Assembly: GCA_963746725.1 (NCBI GenBank)
Contig: CAVVCF010000007.1
Span: 169,979-233,978, forward strand
DNA length: 64,000 bases
Direction of reading: 5' to 3'
Source of the DNA: an uncultured Alphaproteobacteria bacterium
GTDB taxonomy: Bacteria > Pseudomonadota > Alphaproteobacteria > Sphingomonadales > Govanellaceae
Part shown: in pieces, positions 9,408 through 18,930 of the stretch
Position numbering within the stretch: the stretch's first letter is position 1
Layout of the letters: every line of letters starts with the position of its first letter
Made by a program: the position numbers and the translations under genes
Notes under the pieces: generated by a model
Databases searched by the model: none
What the model was told of the DNA's origin: nothing
What the model saw: the letters and a program-made list of their open reading frames with translations, nothing else

Positions 9408-9902
9408 ATGAAAAAGATTTTGATTATAGCCTGCTCGCTGGCGCTTGCCGCTTGCAGTTCGAACCCGGGCCCGCGTGAACAGAGCGGGGCCGTTCTCGGG
9501 GCCGCGACGGGGGCTATTCTGGGCGCGGCGCTGAGCGATCATCATCACGGCTGGCGCGGCCGCGGCGGCGGACCGAGCGGCGCAGCCATCGTGCTTGGCG
9601 CCATTGCCGGCGGCCTCGTCGGCAGCAGCATCGGCCGTGACCTCGACCGGGCCGACCGCCAGGCCATGTCCCGCGCAAACTACCAGGCGCTTGAATACAA
9701 CCGGTCGGGCGAGCCGTCGCACTGGTATAACCCCGACAGCGGGCACTCGGGCGACGTCACGCCGCAGCCGGCCTATGAGCAATCGCCCGGCGAATATTGC
9801 CGGGAATACACCCAGACCATCAACGTTGGTGGCGAGACCAAACAGGCCTATGGCACCGCTTGCCGCAAGCCCGATGGAAGCTGGGAGATTATCGGACGAT
9901 AA
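9408..9902 (+). CDS. Surface-antigen-type lipoprotein (glycine-zipper / 17-kDa antigen-like)
   Basis: Lipobox LALAAC at the N-terminus, Gly-zipper ...GAVLGAATGAILGAAL...GAIAGGLVGSSIG..., and the C-terminal ...YCREYTQTINVGGETKQAYGTACRKPDGSWEI... motif seen in these antigens. Confidence 0.7.
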   Translation: MKKILIIACSLALAACSSNPGPREQSGAVLGAATGAILGAALSDHHHGWRGRGGGPSGAAIVLGAIAGGLVGSSIGRDLDRADRQAMSRANYQALEYNRSGEPSHWYNPDSGHSGDVTPQPAYEQSPGEYCREYTQTINVGGETKQAYGTACRKPDGSWEIIGR

Positions 9903-9987
9903 AATTTGTGATTTTACGAGATCGGCGGTTTCGGATTTAACTCTCTCCCTCCCCACTCTGTGCCTAGTGGCACGCCCGAAATCGCCG

Positions 9988-10221
9988 TCATTCGGTCCCC
10001 GACCCGCTTAACCCCGGCGGGTCGGGGATACGCTTTTTTCCCCGTTTGAACGTCAATGTGACCTGCCAGGTTCCCGAAATCCCGTCAGCCGTGCGCACTG
10101 CCTCACCGTCCGTGGTTTCGGCCCCCGGCGGCAGAGCCTCGGCGGCGATTGCAATGGCTTCGTCCGCATTGTCTGCGGCGACCACCGTCTGGTATGTCCC
10201 GCCGTGGCGCTTTTTCGTCAC
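9988..10221 (-). CDS. Possible small protein (77 aa) translationally coupled to the DUF423 gene
   Basis: An in-frame GTG at 10221 overlaps the DUF423 TGA, giving a GTGA overlap. The sequence VTKKRHGGTYQTVVAADNADEAIAIAAEALPPGAETTDGEAVRTADGISGTWQVTLTFK... looks protein-like. Its last 17 codons coincide with the plus-strand terminator hairpin, which lowers confidence. Confidence 0.3.
   Translation of the reverse strand: MTKKRHGGTYQTVVAADNADEAIAIAAEALPPGAETTDGEAVRTADGISGTWQVTLTFKRGKKRIPDPPGLSGSGTE
9997..10039 (+). terminator. Rho-independent terminator after the lipoprotein gene
   Basis: 11-bp GC stem ccccgacccgc / gcgggtcgggg with a 9-nt loop, followed by atacgcTTTTTT. Confidence 0.55.
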
Positions 10222-10616
10222 GACGGGTCTCTGCGCGGGGGCTCTATGAAAAGCGCCAGCGCCGAAAGGCCCAGCCAGCCCAGGATCAACAGGCCGCCAC
10301 CCACGGGCACGATCCACTGCACCGGTCCGGGGCCCATGAACGCCAGAATATAAAGGCCGCCGCTGAACAGGACAATGCCGATGGTGAACGCGATTCCCAC
10401 TGCTTTCATCAGCCGGAGGCCCATCTCCTTGTGGACATAGGGAGTCAGCAGACCCACGCCGACGAGGCCGAGCGCATGCCAGAGCTGGTAGTCGGAGCCG
10501 AGGTCGAGCAACACCAGGGCGTGGTGAGACGTCTCGGGCAACAGGTGGCTGCCGACCGCGCCCATGATGACGGCAATCATTCCGTTGATGGCTGCGACAA
10601 ATATCCAGAACCGCAT
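10218..10616 (-). CDS. DUF423 (YgdD-like) small membrane protein
   Basis: 132 aa, 4 TM. MRFWIFVAAINGMIAVIMGAVGSH...YQLWHALGL... is characteristic of DUF423. Confidence 0.8.
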   Translation of the reverse strand: MRFWIFVAAINGMIAVIMGAVGSHLLPETSHHALVLLDLGSDYQLWHALGLVGVGLLTPYVHKEMGLRLMKAVGIAFTIGIVLFSGGLYILAFMGPGPVQWIVPVGGGLLILGWLGLSALALFIEPPRRDPS

Positions 10617-10768
10617 TGCAAATGGCTACCTCGTTTGATCTCCCGGCCATTATGACGGTCTTGGGTTGCTATGCAATTTGTGATTTTTGCACCATGGGCA
10701 AGCGCTTTCATCTATGCCATCATAGATGGGCCGTTTGGCGAGTTCGGGGCTACGTTTGAGGGTGCGCA

Positions 10769-11368
10769 ATGAAATTGCTGAGTGCAGGGTGTCTGATTCT
10801 TCCCTTGGTCTTCTGGTTCAGTTGTTCGGCTGTTGCGCAAGGGCGGCAGCCCGAACCCCGGCCAGACAGACAACCGCCGCGAACCACACCCGCCAAAGAC
10901 CAGGACGCGCTTAAAGTGACCATCCGGCCGCGCCCGTCCGAGGTGCCGCCGCCGCTTTACGACCTTGTGATCCGCTCGGCGGACGGCCGGCTGATGTTTC
11001 TCTATGAATGGCTGATCCGGCCCAAGGAAGGGTACGAGAACGGTCGAGGCGCTCTGTTCGATCTCGACTTTTCCGCGCCGCCCGAAGATCGCGAGACCCA
11101 GCAGCTAACGCTGCACACCAGCAATTTCGGCATGATCCTGGGTAAGCGGTACCGGTACCTCGACTTCGATCAGATCTCTGTCAAATATGGCTGGCAGTCC
11201 GCGACCCAGCTCGTGGCCGCGACGCGCTATCGCGGGGTCTACTTGCCGCAAACGGCGGAAGAGGCCTTCGATCCGCTGTATCAGACCTTCGGGAAACTGG
11301 AGTTTCAGTCGGCCAGCGTTTTCGGGCTTCGTGAATGGTGGCGCCACGATATGTTGCAGATTGAATAG
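10769..11368 (+). CDS. Hypothetical secreted protein
   Basis: 199-aa ORF with an N-terminal signal-like segment (MKLLSAGCLILPLVFWFSCSAVAQG), a Pro-rich linker, then a globular part. No family recognised. Confidence 0.55.
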   Translation: MKLLSAGCLILPLVFWFSCSAVAQGRQPEPRPDRQPPRTTPAKDQDALKVTIRPRPSEVPPPLYDLVIRSADGRLMFLYEWLIRPKEGYENGRGALFDLDFSAPPEDRETQQLTLHTSNFGMILGKRYRYLDFDQISVKYGWQSATQLVAATRYRGVYLPQTAEEAFDPLYQTFGKLEFQSASVFGLREWWRHDMLQIE

Positions 11369-11378
11369 GCCGGGCGGA

Positions 11379-12152
11379 TCACGACAGATCGTGCATTTTC
11401 TTGAGGAACGCCCGGACCCGGGCCGCGTTGGTGCCGATATCGCTGACTCCGACGCGTGACGCTGAACGCACGTCGAGCGCCGTCGCGCCGGCTTCGGCCT
11501 TGACGACCCGGATCACCACATCATCCTTGAACCCGAACCAGAAGGTGGTTGCGGTGGCCTCGATCCGGCCGTGGCCGCGGTCAATGTCATCAATTTTCCA
11601 GCCCAGTGCGCGCGCTGCGGCCAGCGCCCGGTCGAATACGGCCTTGACCGGTTCCATCAGATAGACCGTCTCCAGATCGGGATAGGCCTCCGCCTGATAG
11701 CGGCCGACCTTGTTAATCCCGGCATAATCGGTGCTGTTGTCACCGGGGGCGCGCAGCCCGACAACGGCGTGGAATGCAGGCGGATCGACAATATCGGTAG
11801 TAATATCGTGGATCGCCGGCACCTTGGCGGCGTTGCTTCCCATGACAAACAGCGTGACGGAGATCGCAAGGCTGACGGCAAGGGCCGCCCCGGCAAGCGC
11901 CATGCCGCGTTTATGGCGGGACGGGCGCGCAAAAAACATACCGCCAAAGGCAAGGGCGGCAGCGCCCATACTGGCGAAGGCGCCGAAAATCAGCGCATTG
12001 ATGGCCGTGCGGTAGCCGATAAGGCCAAAGCGATGGGCCGGCCCGGAGAGGACAACGATGAGTGCGATCGCGCCCGCCACGGCAGCGCTCAGGACTGCGA
12101 CACGCGAGTACTCAGGTGTCGACGAGGCAGTTTCCTGATCTTGGTCGGTCAT
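11379..12152 (-). CDS. DUF1499 domain protein with N-terminal membrane anchor
   Basis: The C-terminal ...FWFGFKDDVVIRVV...LDVRSASRVGVSDIGTNAARVRAFL... matches the DUF1499 signature. Three to four N-terminal TM helices. Confidence 0.75.
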   Translation of the reverse strand: MTDQDQETASSTPEYSRVAVLSAAVAGAIALIVVLSGPAHRFGLIGYRTAINALIFGAFASMGAAALAFGGMFFARPSRHKRGMALAGAALAVSLAISVTLFVMGSNAAKVPAIHDITTDIVDPPAFHAVVGLRAPGDNSTDYAGINKVGRYQAEAYPDLETVYLMEPVKAVFDRALAAARALGWKIDDIDRGHGRIEATATTFWFGFKDDVVIRVVKAEAGATALDVRSASRVGVSDIGTNAARVRAFLKKMHDLS

Positions 12153-12176
12153 GGCCAGTCCCTGTGCGCTATGGTT

Positions 12177-12716
12177 TTAGTCGTGGATTCGGGAAATCTT
12201 GGTGCCTTCAAGACTGAGGTTATACATCAGCCCCTTGTTTCCAAAGACGACTCCGATGATCGGGGCCTTGGCACTGTTGGTGTCGACGTCCGCGCCGGCC
12301 CCAAGGTCGATCAGAACGACGCTGCCGTCAACGCCCACTTCCCAGCCGTCGGATTTTCGGAAATCGCTAAGCGCCTTGTTGGTCATGAAGAGCAGCATCT
12401 GGGTGCGTTTCTGTGCGCCCAACTGAAAACCGATTGAGCCTGAGGTTGTCGAGTAATAGCCCACGGTCCTGCCATTCACCAGGAGCGAACCTTTGCCATA
12501 TTCGCCGCCAATGCCGATGCCGGCCTTGACGATACTGGGGAAGACCAACATGCCTTTCGCTTTTTGAGCAAGCTCCTTGCCACTGGGGCTGATTTCGTAG
12601 AATTTCTTGACGGCCTTGCTTACGTCGTGATCAAGGTCGGGCCGGCCTTTCGCAAAAGCGGCAGGCGCGGCGGCTGCCACGCAGATTACCAGCAGTGCAA
12701 TCAGTGTCTTTTTCAT
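12177..12716 (-). CDS. SYLF (Ysc84-like) lipid-binding domain protein, secreted
   Basis: ATG at 12716 gives MKKTLIALLVICVAAAAPAAFA. ...VFPSIVKAGIGIGGEYGKGSLL...GSIGFQLGAQ...GVVFGNKGLMYNLSLEG... is the SYLF repeat pattern. Confidence 0.75.
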   Translation of the reverse strand: MKKTLIALLVICVAAAAPAAFAKGRPDLDHDVSKAVKKFYEISPSGKELAQKAKGMLVFPSIVKAGIGIGGEYGKGSLLVNGRTVGYYSTTSGSIGFQLGAQKRTQMLLFMTNKALSDFRKSDGWEVGVDGSVVLIDLGAGADVDTNSAKAPIIGVVFGNKGLMYNLSLEGTKISRIHD

Positions 12717-12960
12717 GGCGTTCCTTCCCGATTTGGCGGCGATGGCACGTAGTCTAATGCGCGGCCGCCATTGAATAAAGCTTGATCTTTCCAATGCCAA
12801 CGCGTGCAGGATAGGGGCCGAATGTGAAATTCTTGAGGCAGGGACTGTTGGCGGGGCGCGAGCCCTCCTGGCGTCGGTATCGAGGACGCTTGTCTCACCT
12901 GAAGCATGCTGCTAGATTGCGCCGCGATCCGGGCGCAGACGTCCGGAGAACCACCCCGAA

Positions 12961-13035
12961 GGGCGCGTAGCTCAGTGGTAGAGCACTGTGTTCACATCGC
13001 AGGGGTCGCTGGTTCGATCCCAGCCGCGCCCACCA
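12961..13035 (+). tRNA. tRNA-Val (anticodon CAC)
   Basis: Folds by hand into a cloverleaf. Acceptor GGGCGCG/CGCGCCC, D-arm GCTC-AGTGGTA-GAGC, anticodon arm CTGTG-TTCACAT-CGCAG, T-arm GCTGG-TTCGATC-CCAGC, discriminator A, encoded CCA. Confidence 0.95.
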
Positions 13036-13124
13036 TCTCGCACTTCAAGATAAATCCAGCCTTTACCCGAGCGCTGAGATCATGACCGCGGCGATGCCTG
13101 ACCCCTTTGTCCCGCAGGCGGAGC

Positions 13125-13712
13125 TTACGATTTTCCGGACAGTATTTTGGAATAAAGCGGCAGGTAGTGTTCCCTCGTTTCCTTCGATTCCTTGATGCCC
13201 AAAGCATAGTACCCGACCTGATGGAAATAGGTGACCCGGGCGCGGATGAAGGCTTCCTCGGCGTCGTATCCCATGGTCTTGAAGATATCGGTCAGCAGGG
13301 CGATGCGGGCGTCGTCCGCCGCCTCGACGGCGTGCCGCGCCTTGAGGGATGTCCGCGCCCAGTCCCGCACCGCCGCATCGTAGGCCGGGCTGAAATCCTC
13401 TTCGCTCACGTAAAGGTTCGTGATCGCATCGAACTGGTCACGCCCATCCGGTCCAGCGTTGGCGACGGCATCGAAAAACGGCTTTGTGTTGGCCGTCTTC
13501 CAATCTTCCAATAGCGCGTCCAGGAGCTCCTGACGGTTCTTGAAAAACCAGTAGAAGCCGCCCCGCGTGACCCCGAGTTTCGCGGCAAGCCGCTCCACCT
13601 TGACGCCGTTAACTCCTTCAGAAATGAGGGTTTTGCGCGCCAGCGCCAGCCACTCCTCCCGGCTGACCTTGAAGTTGCCTTTCTTGGGGCTGGGTCTTGT
13701 TTCCGTCACCAT
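13125..13712 (-). CDS. TetR-family transcriptional regulator, divergent from the sox operon
   Basis: ATG at 13712. HTH ...VKVERLAAKLGVTRGGFYWFFKNRQELL.... Confidence 0.85.
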   Translation of the reverse strand: MVTETRPSPKKGNFKVSREEWLALARKTLISEGVNGVKVERLAAKLGVTRGGFYWFFKNRQELLDALLEDWKTANTKPFFDAVANAGPDGRDQFDAITNLYVSEEDFSPAYDAAVRDWARTSLKARHAVEAADDARIALLTDIFKTMGYDAEEAFIRARVTYFHQVGYYALGIKESKETREHYLPLYSKILSGKS

Positions 13713-13834
13713 TGCAATCCTTGGATAGTCACTCGCTTTATAGCGGCCCCGCATATTAAAATACAGACCTGAATTTTTTCTGGACAGGAGCAAATTATAA
13801 AAATACACTATTGTATAGTAATGGAGACAGATGG

Positions 13835-15085
13835 ATGACTCGCTTTTCAGCCTGGTCGTTGATCCGGAACGGCCTGACCGGCCATAAAGGCTGGCAACCC
13901 TACTGGCGTGATCCGGAGCCCAAAACGTCTTACGATGTGGTCATTATCGGGGGCGGTGGGCACGGGCTCGCCACAGCCTATTATCTCGCCAGGAACCACG
14001 GGATCACCAATGTTGCTATCCTGGAGAAGGGCTGGCTTGGCGGCGGTAACACCGGGCGCAATACCACGGCGGTTCGCTCCAACTATTTCTACCCCGAGAG
14101 TGCCGCGCTCTACGATTTCTCGCTCAAGCTTTACGAGGGCCTTTCGCGGGACCTCAACTACAACATCATGCTGAGCCAGCGGGGGGTTCTCTCGCTCGCC
14201 CACAGCCGCCACGACATGGAGTTCATGAGCCGGTGGGCGAACGCGTTGCAGATGAACGGGGTCGACTTCGAGATTCTGACGCGGGACGAGATTGCCAAAA
14301 TCGTTCCCCGTCTCAATATGAGCAGAGACGCCCGCTATCCCGTCTATGGCGGCTTTATCCAGCGCCGGGGCGGCGTGGCGCGCCATGACGCGGTGGCCTG
14401 GGGTTATGCGCGGGCGGCGGACGCGCTTGGCGTCGATATCATCCAGCAGTGCGAGGTCGCCGGATTTCAAACCGAAGGCGGGCGGGTCACCGGGGTGGAG
14501 ACCACCAGAGGCGCCATAGGCGCCGGCGCGGTGGCGATTTCCGTGGCAGGTCATTCTTCCGCCATTGCAAAAATGGCGGGCTTCCGCCTGCCCACAGAAA
14601 GCCGTGCGCTGCAGGCTTTGGTCTCCGAGCCCATCAAGCCGGTGCTCGATACCCTGGTCCTCTCGCCCGTCGTGCATTGCTATGTAAGCCAATCGGACAA
14701 GGGCGAGCTGGTGATTGGCGGCGGGGCTGATGGTTACGTGTCCTACGCCCAACGTGGCAGCTTCCCGACCATTGAGGAGACGGCGGCGGCGTTGGTGGAA
14801 TTATTTCCGTCCTTCGGGCGGCTCAGGCTGATGCGGCACTGGGCCGGTATCGTGGATATATCGCCCGATACCAGCCCTATTCTCGATGAGTTGCCCATGG
14901 GCGGTCTTTACATCAACTGCGGCTGGGGGACCGGGGGCTTCAAGGCCATTCCGGTCGGCGGCTGGACCATGGCCCATCACATTGCAACCGGCGAGCCACA
15001 CGATCTTGCCCGGCCCTTCGGTTTTGACCGGTTCAGAACAGGCGCGCTCGTCGATGAAGGCGCGGCCGCCGGGGTGGCGCATTAG
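13835..15085 (+). CDS. soxB: Sarcosine oxidase subunit beta
   Basis: ATG at 13835 follows ggagacag. ...YDVVIIGGGGHGLATAYYLA... FAD motif. Gene order B-D-A-G. Confidence 0.9.
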   Translation: MTRFSAWSLIRNGLTGHKGWQPYWRDPEPKTSYDVVIIGGGGHGLATAYYLARNHGITNVAILEKGWLGGGNTGRNTTAVRSNYFYPESAALYDFSLKLYEGLSRDLNYNIMLSQRGVLSLAHSRHDMEFMSRWANALQMNGVDFEILTRDEIAKIVPRLNMSRDARYPVYGGFIQRRGGVARHDAVAWGYARAADALGVDIIQQCEVAGFQTEGGRVTGVETTRGAIGAGAVAISVAGHSSAIAKMAGFRLPTESRALQALVSEPIKPVLDTLVLSPVVHCYVSQSDKGELVIGGGADGYVSYAQRGSFPTIEETAAALVELFPSFGRLRLMRHWAGIVDISPDTSPILDELPMGGLYINCGWGTGGFKAIPVGGWTMAHHIATGEPHDLARPFGFDRFRTGALVDEGAAAGVAH

Positions 15086-15096
15086 GAGAGCGGACG

Positions 15097-15375
15097 ATGC
15101 TTAGAATCGAATGCCCCTGGTGCGGGGTCGGCGACGAGACCGAATTTCACTGCGGCGGGCACTCTCATATTTCCCGGCCCGGCCCGGCCGAGGAGGTTAG
15201 CGACAAGGATTGGGGCGAGTATCTGTTTGTCCGGGACAATCCGAAGGGCTGGCATTTTGAGCGCTGGTGCCATGTGGCCGGCTGCGGCCAGTGGTTCAAT
15301 GTGGCCCGCCATACCGTCAGCCATGAAATCCGTGGCGTCTACAGGATGACCGACCCGCGCCCGGAGGTGGAGTGA
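15097..15375 (+). CDS. soxD: Sarcosine oxidase subunit delta
   Basis: 92 aa. MLRIECPWCG...EFHCGG...WCHVAGCGQWFNVARHT is a Zn-ribbon-like SoxD signature. Confidence 0.9.
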   Translation: MLRIECPWCGVGDETEFHCGGHSHISRPGPAEEVSDKDWGEYLFVRDNPKGWHFERWCHVAGCGQWFNVARHTVSHEIRGVYRMTDPRPEVE

Positions 15376-18341
15376 TGGCAGGCCCTTTGAGATTGAACCA
15401 AGGCGGGCGCGTCGATCGCAGCCGGACCATCCGCTTTAGCTTTGACGGGCGGGCGATGACCGGCCATCCGGGCGATACGCTGGCGTCGGCGCTGCTTGCC
15501 AATGGCGTGCGCGTCCTGGCGCGCAGCTTCAAGGTTCACCGGCCTCGCGGCATCATGGCCGCCGGCACGGAGGAGGCGAATGCGTTTGTCGCCGTGGGCG
15601 TGGGCGCGGCGCTTGACACCAATGTCCGCGCGACCGAGGTCGAGCTTTACGACGGCCTGATCGCCCGGAGCCTCAACGCCTGGCCGTCGCCGCGCTTTGA
15701 TCTTGGCGGCGTGCTGGACCGGCTGAGCCGTTTTCTGCCCGCAGGGTTCTATTACAAGACGTTCATGTGGCCTGACTGGCACCTGTTCGAGGGCCTCATC
15801 CGCCGCGCGGCCGGGCTCGGAAAGCCGTCCGGCGAAGCGGACCCGGACCGTTATGAGCATGCCCACGCCCATGCGGACGTGGTGGTGGCGGGCTCCGGTC
15901 CTGCCGGCCTGATGGCGGCGCTTGTTGCGGGAGAGGCAGGCGCGCGGGTCATGCTCGTGGAACAGGAGCCGGCGCTCGGCGGTAGCCTTGTCTGGCAGGG
16001 CGGGGAAATCGACGGACTGCCTGCGGCCCAGTGGGCAAAAAAGATAGCAGACACGCTCGCCGCCATGGACAATGTAACCGTACTGACCCGGACGACACTT
16101 GCCGGCTACTACGACCATAACGTGCTGACAGCGCTGGAGCGCCTGACCGATCACCTTCCCGAAGATAGCCGCAAAGGCCCGCGCCAGCGGTTGTGGAAGA
16201 TCCGCGCGCACGAAGTCATCCTCGCCACCGGGGCGATCGAGCGCCCGCTGGTCTTCCCGGACAACGATCGTCCGGGCGTGATGCTGGCCTCGGCGGTGCA
16301 GCGCTATCTGAACGAGTACGGGGTCGCTGCGGGCCGGCGGATGGTTTTCTTCGTTAATAACGATGGGGCATACCGGGCCGCCGCCGACTGCATCGCCGCC
16401 GGTATCGCGGTCGCTGCCATCGTCGATGTCAGGAGTGCAGTGGGCGAGGGGCCACGTGCCCTCGTCGGCGACGTGCCTGTTCTCACGGGTTATTGCGTCG
16501 CCCGGGTTCACGAAGCCCACGGTGTCAAAGGCATTACGGTCCAGGCGCTGGATGGGGCCGCCCGACAGCGCCTCGCATGTGACGTCGTCGCCGTGGCGGG
16601 CGGTTGGAACCCGACCGTGCATCTCTTTAGCCAGTCCGGCGGCAAGCTCAAATTTGAGGAACAGAGCCAGTGCTTCGTTCCCGACCGTTCCGTCCAGCGG
16701 GAGCATTCTGTGGGCGCGGCAGCCGGTCATTTCGACCTTGCCCAATGCCTTGAGGACGGATTCAGGGCAGGGCGGTCTGCGGCCGGCCTTGAAGGCCAAG
16801 ACGAAACGCCGCTCCCGACGGTTTCCGGGCAAAATCCTGCTTCGCCCCCCGCGCCGTTCTGGATGACACCCGCGGACATTGCGGGGTCGCGCCGCCAGTG
16901 GATCGACTTTCATAATGATGTCACCTCAAAGGACGTGGGCGTCGCCGCGCGGGAGAATTTTCAGGCGGTCGAGCATCTCAAACGCTATACCACGCTCGGT
17001 ATGGCGCTCGATCAGGGAAAGACCAGCAATGTCAATGGCCTGGCGGCTATGGGGCTGTTGACCGGGCGTAACCCTGAGGCCGTGGGCACCACCACATTCC
17101 GGCCGCCCTATGCGCCTATGACCTTTGGTGCGTTCCGTGGCGCGCGCCGGGGCGCGCTCTTCGCGCCGATGCGCTATTTGCCGACCCATGACCGGCTGAC
17201 CGCATTGGGCGCGGCAATGGAAGACTATGGCGGCTGGCTGCGGCCGGCATACATTCCGGTTGCAGGTGAAGATGAGGCCGCCGCGATCCGCCGCGAAGTG
17301 CTGGCGGTGCGCGAGGGGGTTGGCATCACCGACTACACACCCCTGGGCAAGATCGAGGTCAAGGGCGTGGACGCGGCCAAATTCCTGAATCTGATGCTGC
17401 TCACCAACGCCGAGACCATCAAGGTCGGGCGCGCGCGCTACAACCTGATGCTGAGTGAGACCGGGACCGTCATCGATGATGGGATCGTCACCCGGCTCGG
17501 CGAAGACCATTTTCTCGTTGGCACCACCAGCGGCGGCGCCGCCCGCGCCGCCGCCAGCTTCGAGGAGTGGTTGCAGTGCGAGTGGGTGGACTTCGACGTG
17601 TTCGTAGACAACCAGACCACGGCCTGGGGCGTGATCCTGCTGTCGGGCCCGAATGCCCGCACCGTTGCCGACCGCCTCGGCAGTGATATTGACTTCTCGG
17701 CCGAGGCCTTCCCGCACATGACGGTCCGCGACGGGTCGCTCGGCGGTGTGCCGCTGCGCGTCCACCGGGTCAGTTTTTCGGGCGAGGTATCTTACGAGAT
17801 TTCGGTCCCGGTGGGCTATACCGACGCGCTCTGGCAGGCCTGCATGGAAGCTGGCAAGGACCTTGGCATCACGCCGTTCGGGCTCGAAAGCCTGCTGGTG
17901 ATGCGGCTCGAGAAGGGGTTCATCCATGTGGGTTCGGATACGGACGGCACCACGGTTCCTGACGATATCGGGTTCGGCGCCGTGGCGCGCAAAAGGACGG
18001 TGGACTTTGTTGGCCGGCGGTCGCTCATGCGGCCGGACGCGATGCGTGAGGACCGCCTGCAACTGGTGGGGCTGGAAGCCCGTGATCCATCGGCGGCGCT
18101 CCCGGTGGGTGGGCATTTGGTGCATGCCGGCGTCCGGAGCGTTCCGGCCCCGACCGAAGGTTTCGTTACCTCATCCGCCATGAGCCCGACGCTCGGCCGC
18201 CCGGTGGCGCTGGCGCTCCTCAAATCGGGGCGCAGCCGCACCGGCGAAGATGTGCGGGTCTATGCCCAGGGGCGGTGGTTTGAGGCGCGGGTGGTCAAGC
18301 CCGGCTTCTATGACCTGGAGGGGGAGCGGATCGATGGCTGA
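15372..18341 (+). CDS. soxA: Sarcosine oxidase subunit alpha
   Basis: 989 aa. N-terminal 2Fe-2S-like fold, NAD/FAD GxGxxG (VVVAGSGPAGL), and a C-terminal aminomethyltransferase (GcvT-like) folate-binding domain. ATGA overlap with soxD. Confidence 0.92.
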   Translation: MMAGPLRLNQGGRVDRSRTIRFSFDGRAMTGHPGDTLASALLANGVRVLARSFKVHRPRGIMAAGTEEANAFVAVGVGAALDTNVRATEVELYDGLIARSLNAWPSPRFDLGGVLDRLSRFLPAGFYYKTFMWPDWHLFEGLIRRAAGLGKPSGEADPDRYEHAHAHADVVVAGSGPAGLMAALVAGEAGARVMLVEQEPALGGSLVWQGGEIDGLPAAQWAKKIADTLAAMDNVTVLTRTTLAGYYDHNVLTALERLTDHLPEDSRKGPRQRLWKIRAHEVILATGAIERPLVFPDNDRPGVMLASAVQRYLNEYGVAAGRRMVFFVNNDGAYRAAADCIAAGIAVAAIVDVRSAVGEGPRALVGDVPVLTGYCVARVHEAHGVKGITVQALDGAARQRLACDVVAVAGGWNPTVHLFSQSGGKLKFEEQSQCFVPDRSVQREHSVGAAAGHFDLAQCLEDGFRAGRSAAGLEGQDETPLPTVSGQNPASPPAPFWMTPADIAGSRRQWIDFHNDVTSKDVGVAARENFQAVEHLKRYTTLGMALDQGKTSNVNGLAAMGLLTGRNPEAVGTTTFRPPYAPMTFGAFRGARRGALFAPMRYLPTHDRLTALGAAMEDYGGWLRPAYIPVAGEDEAAAIRREVLAVREGVGITDYTPLGKIEVKGVDAAKFLNLMLLTNAETIKVGRARYNLMLSETGTVIDDGIVTRLGEDHFLVGTTSGGAARAAASFEEWLQCEWVDFDVFVDNQTTAWGVILLSGPNARTVADRLGSDIDFSAEAFPHMTVRDGSLGGVPLRVHRVSFSGEVSYEISVPVGYTDALWQACMEAGKDLGITPFGLESLLVMRLEKGFIHVGSDTDGTTVPDDIGFGAVARKRTVDFVGRRSLMRPDAMREDRLQLVGLEARDPSAALPVGGHLVHAGVRSVPAPTEGFVTSSAMSPTLGRPVALALLKSGRSRTGEDVRVYAQGRWFEARVVKPGFYDLEGERIDG

Positions 18342-18918
18342 CCTTCTGGACAAGTCACCGCTGGCGAAAGCGGACGCGTTATTCAGCCCCAGGGTTTTGA
18401 ACCGGGATGGGCTGCACCTGTCCGAATTGCCGCGCGAGGGCGTGCTATGTCTTCAGGGCAGGCCCGAAGAGCTGGTGAGTGCCGTCAAATTAGCTACCGG
18501 AATAACCCTTCCCGAGATCAACAGGTTCAACGAAGCGGGCGAAACAACCGTTATCTGGCTTGGCCCGCGCCAATGGCTGGTCCGGGCGCCGCTCGATCGC
18601 ATCCAACAGGTGGAGGCGCGGCTCGTCCAGGAGTTCGGCGGCCTTGCCTATATGATGACGGACGTCTCGCACCAGTATGTCACGTTCGAGCTGTCGGGCG
18701 GGCCTGCCAGTGACGTTCTGCGGCGCACCTCCAGTATTGATGTGGAGGCAGAGGGCTTTGCGCCCGGCGCGGCGGTGCGGTCACTGTTTGGCCGTCTACC
18801 CGTCCTATTCGAGTACACGTGCGATGGTCCGGAATACCGGCTGACCGTGGATCAGAGCCTTTCCCGCTTCGCCTGGGACTGGTTCTCCTCCATCGCCGAT
18901 GATGTCGCCCAAAGTTAA
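18334..18918 (+). CDS. soxG: Sarcosine oxidase subunit gamma
   Basis: ATG at 18334 overlaps the soxA stop. Its size and position after soxA fit SoxG. Confidence 0.85.
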   Translation: MADLLDKSPLAKADALFSPRVLNRDGLHLSELPREGVLCLQGRPEELVSAVKLATGITLPEINRFNEAGETTVIWLGPRQWLVRAPLDRIQQVEARLVQEFGGLAYMMTDVSHQYVTFELSGGPASDVLRRTSSIDVEAEGFAPGAAVRSLFGRLPVLFEYTCDGPEYRLTVDQSLSRFAWDWFSSIADDVAQS

Positions 18919-18930
18919 GGTTTGTCTGAA

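Noticed and set aside
13713-13834. AT-rich TetR/soxB divergent spacer, searched for a TetR operator palindrome or a riboswitch.
   Set aside because: Only short, weak dyads (ctat-N3-atag) are present. Nothing is strong enough to call.
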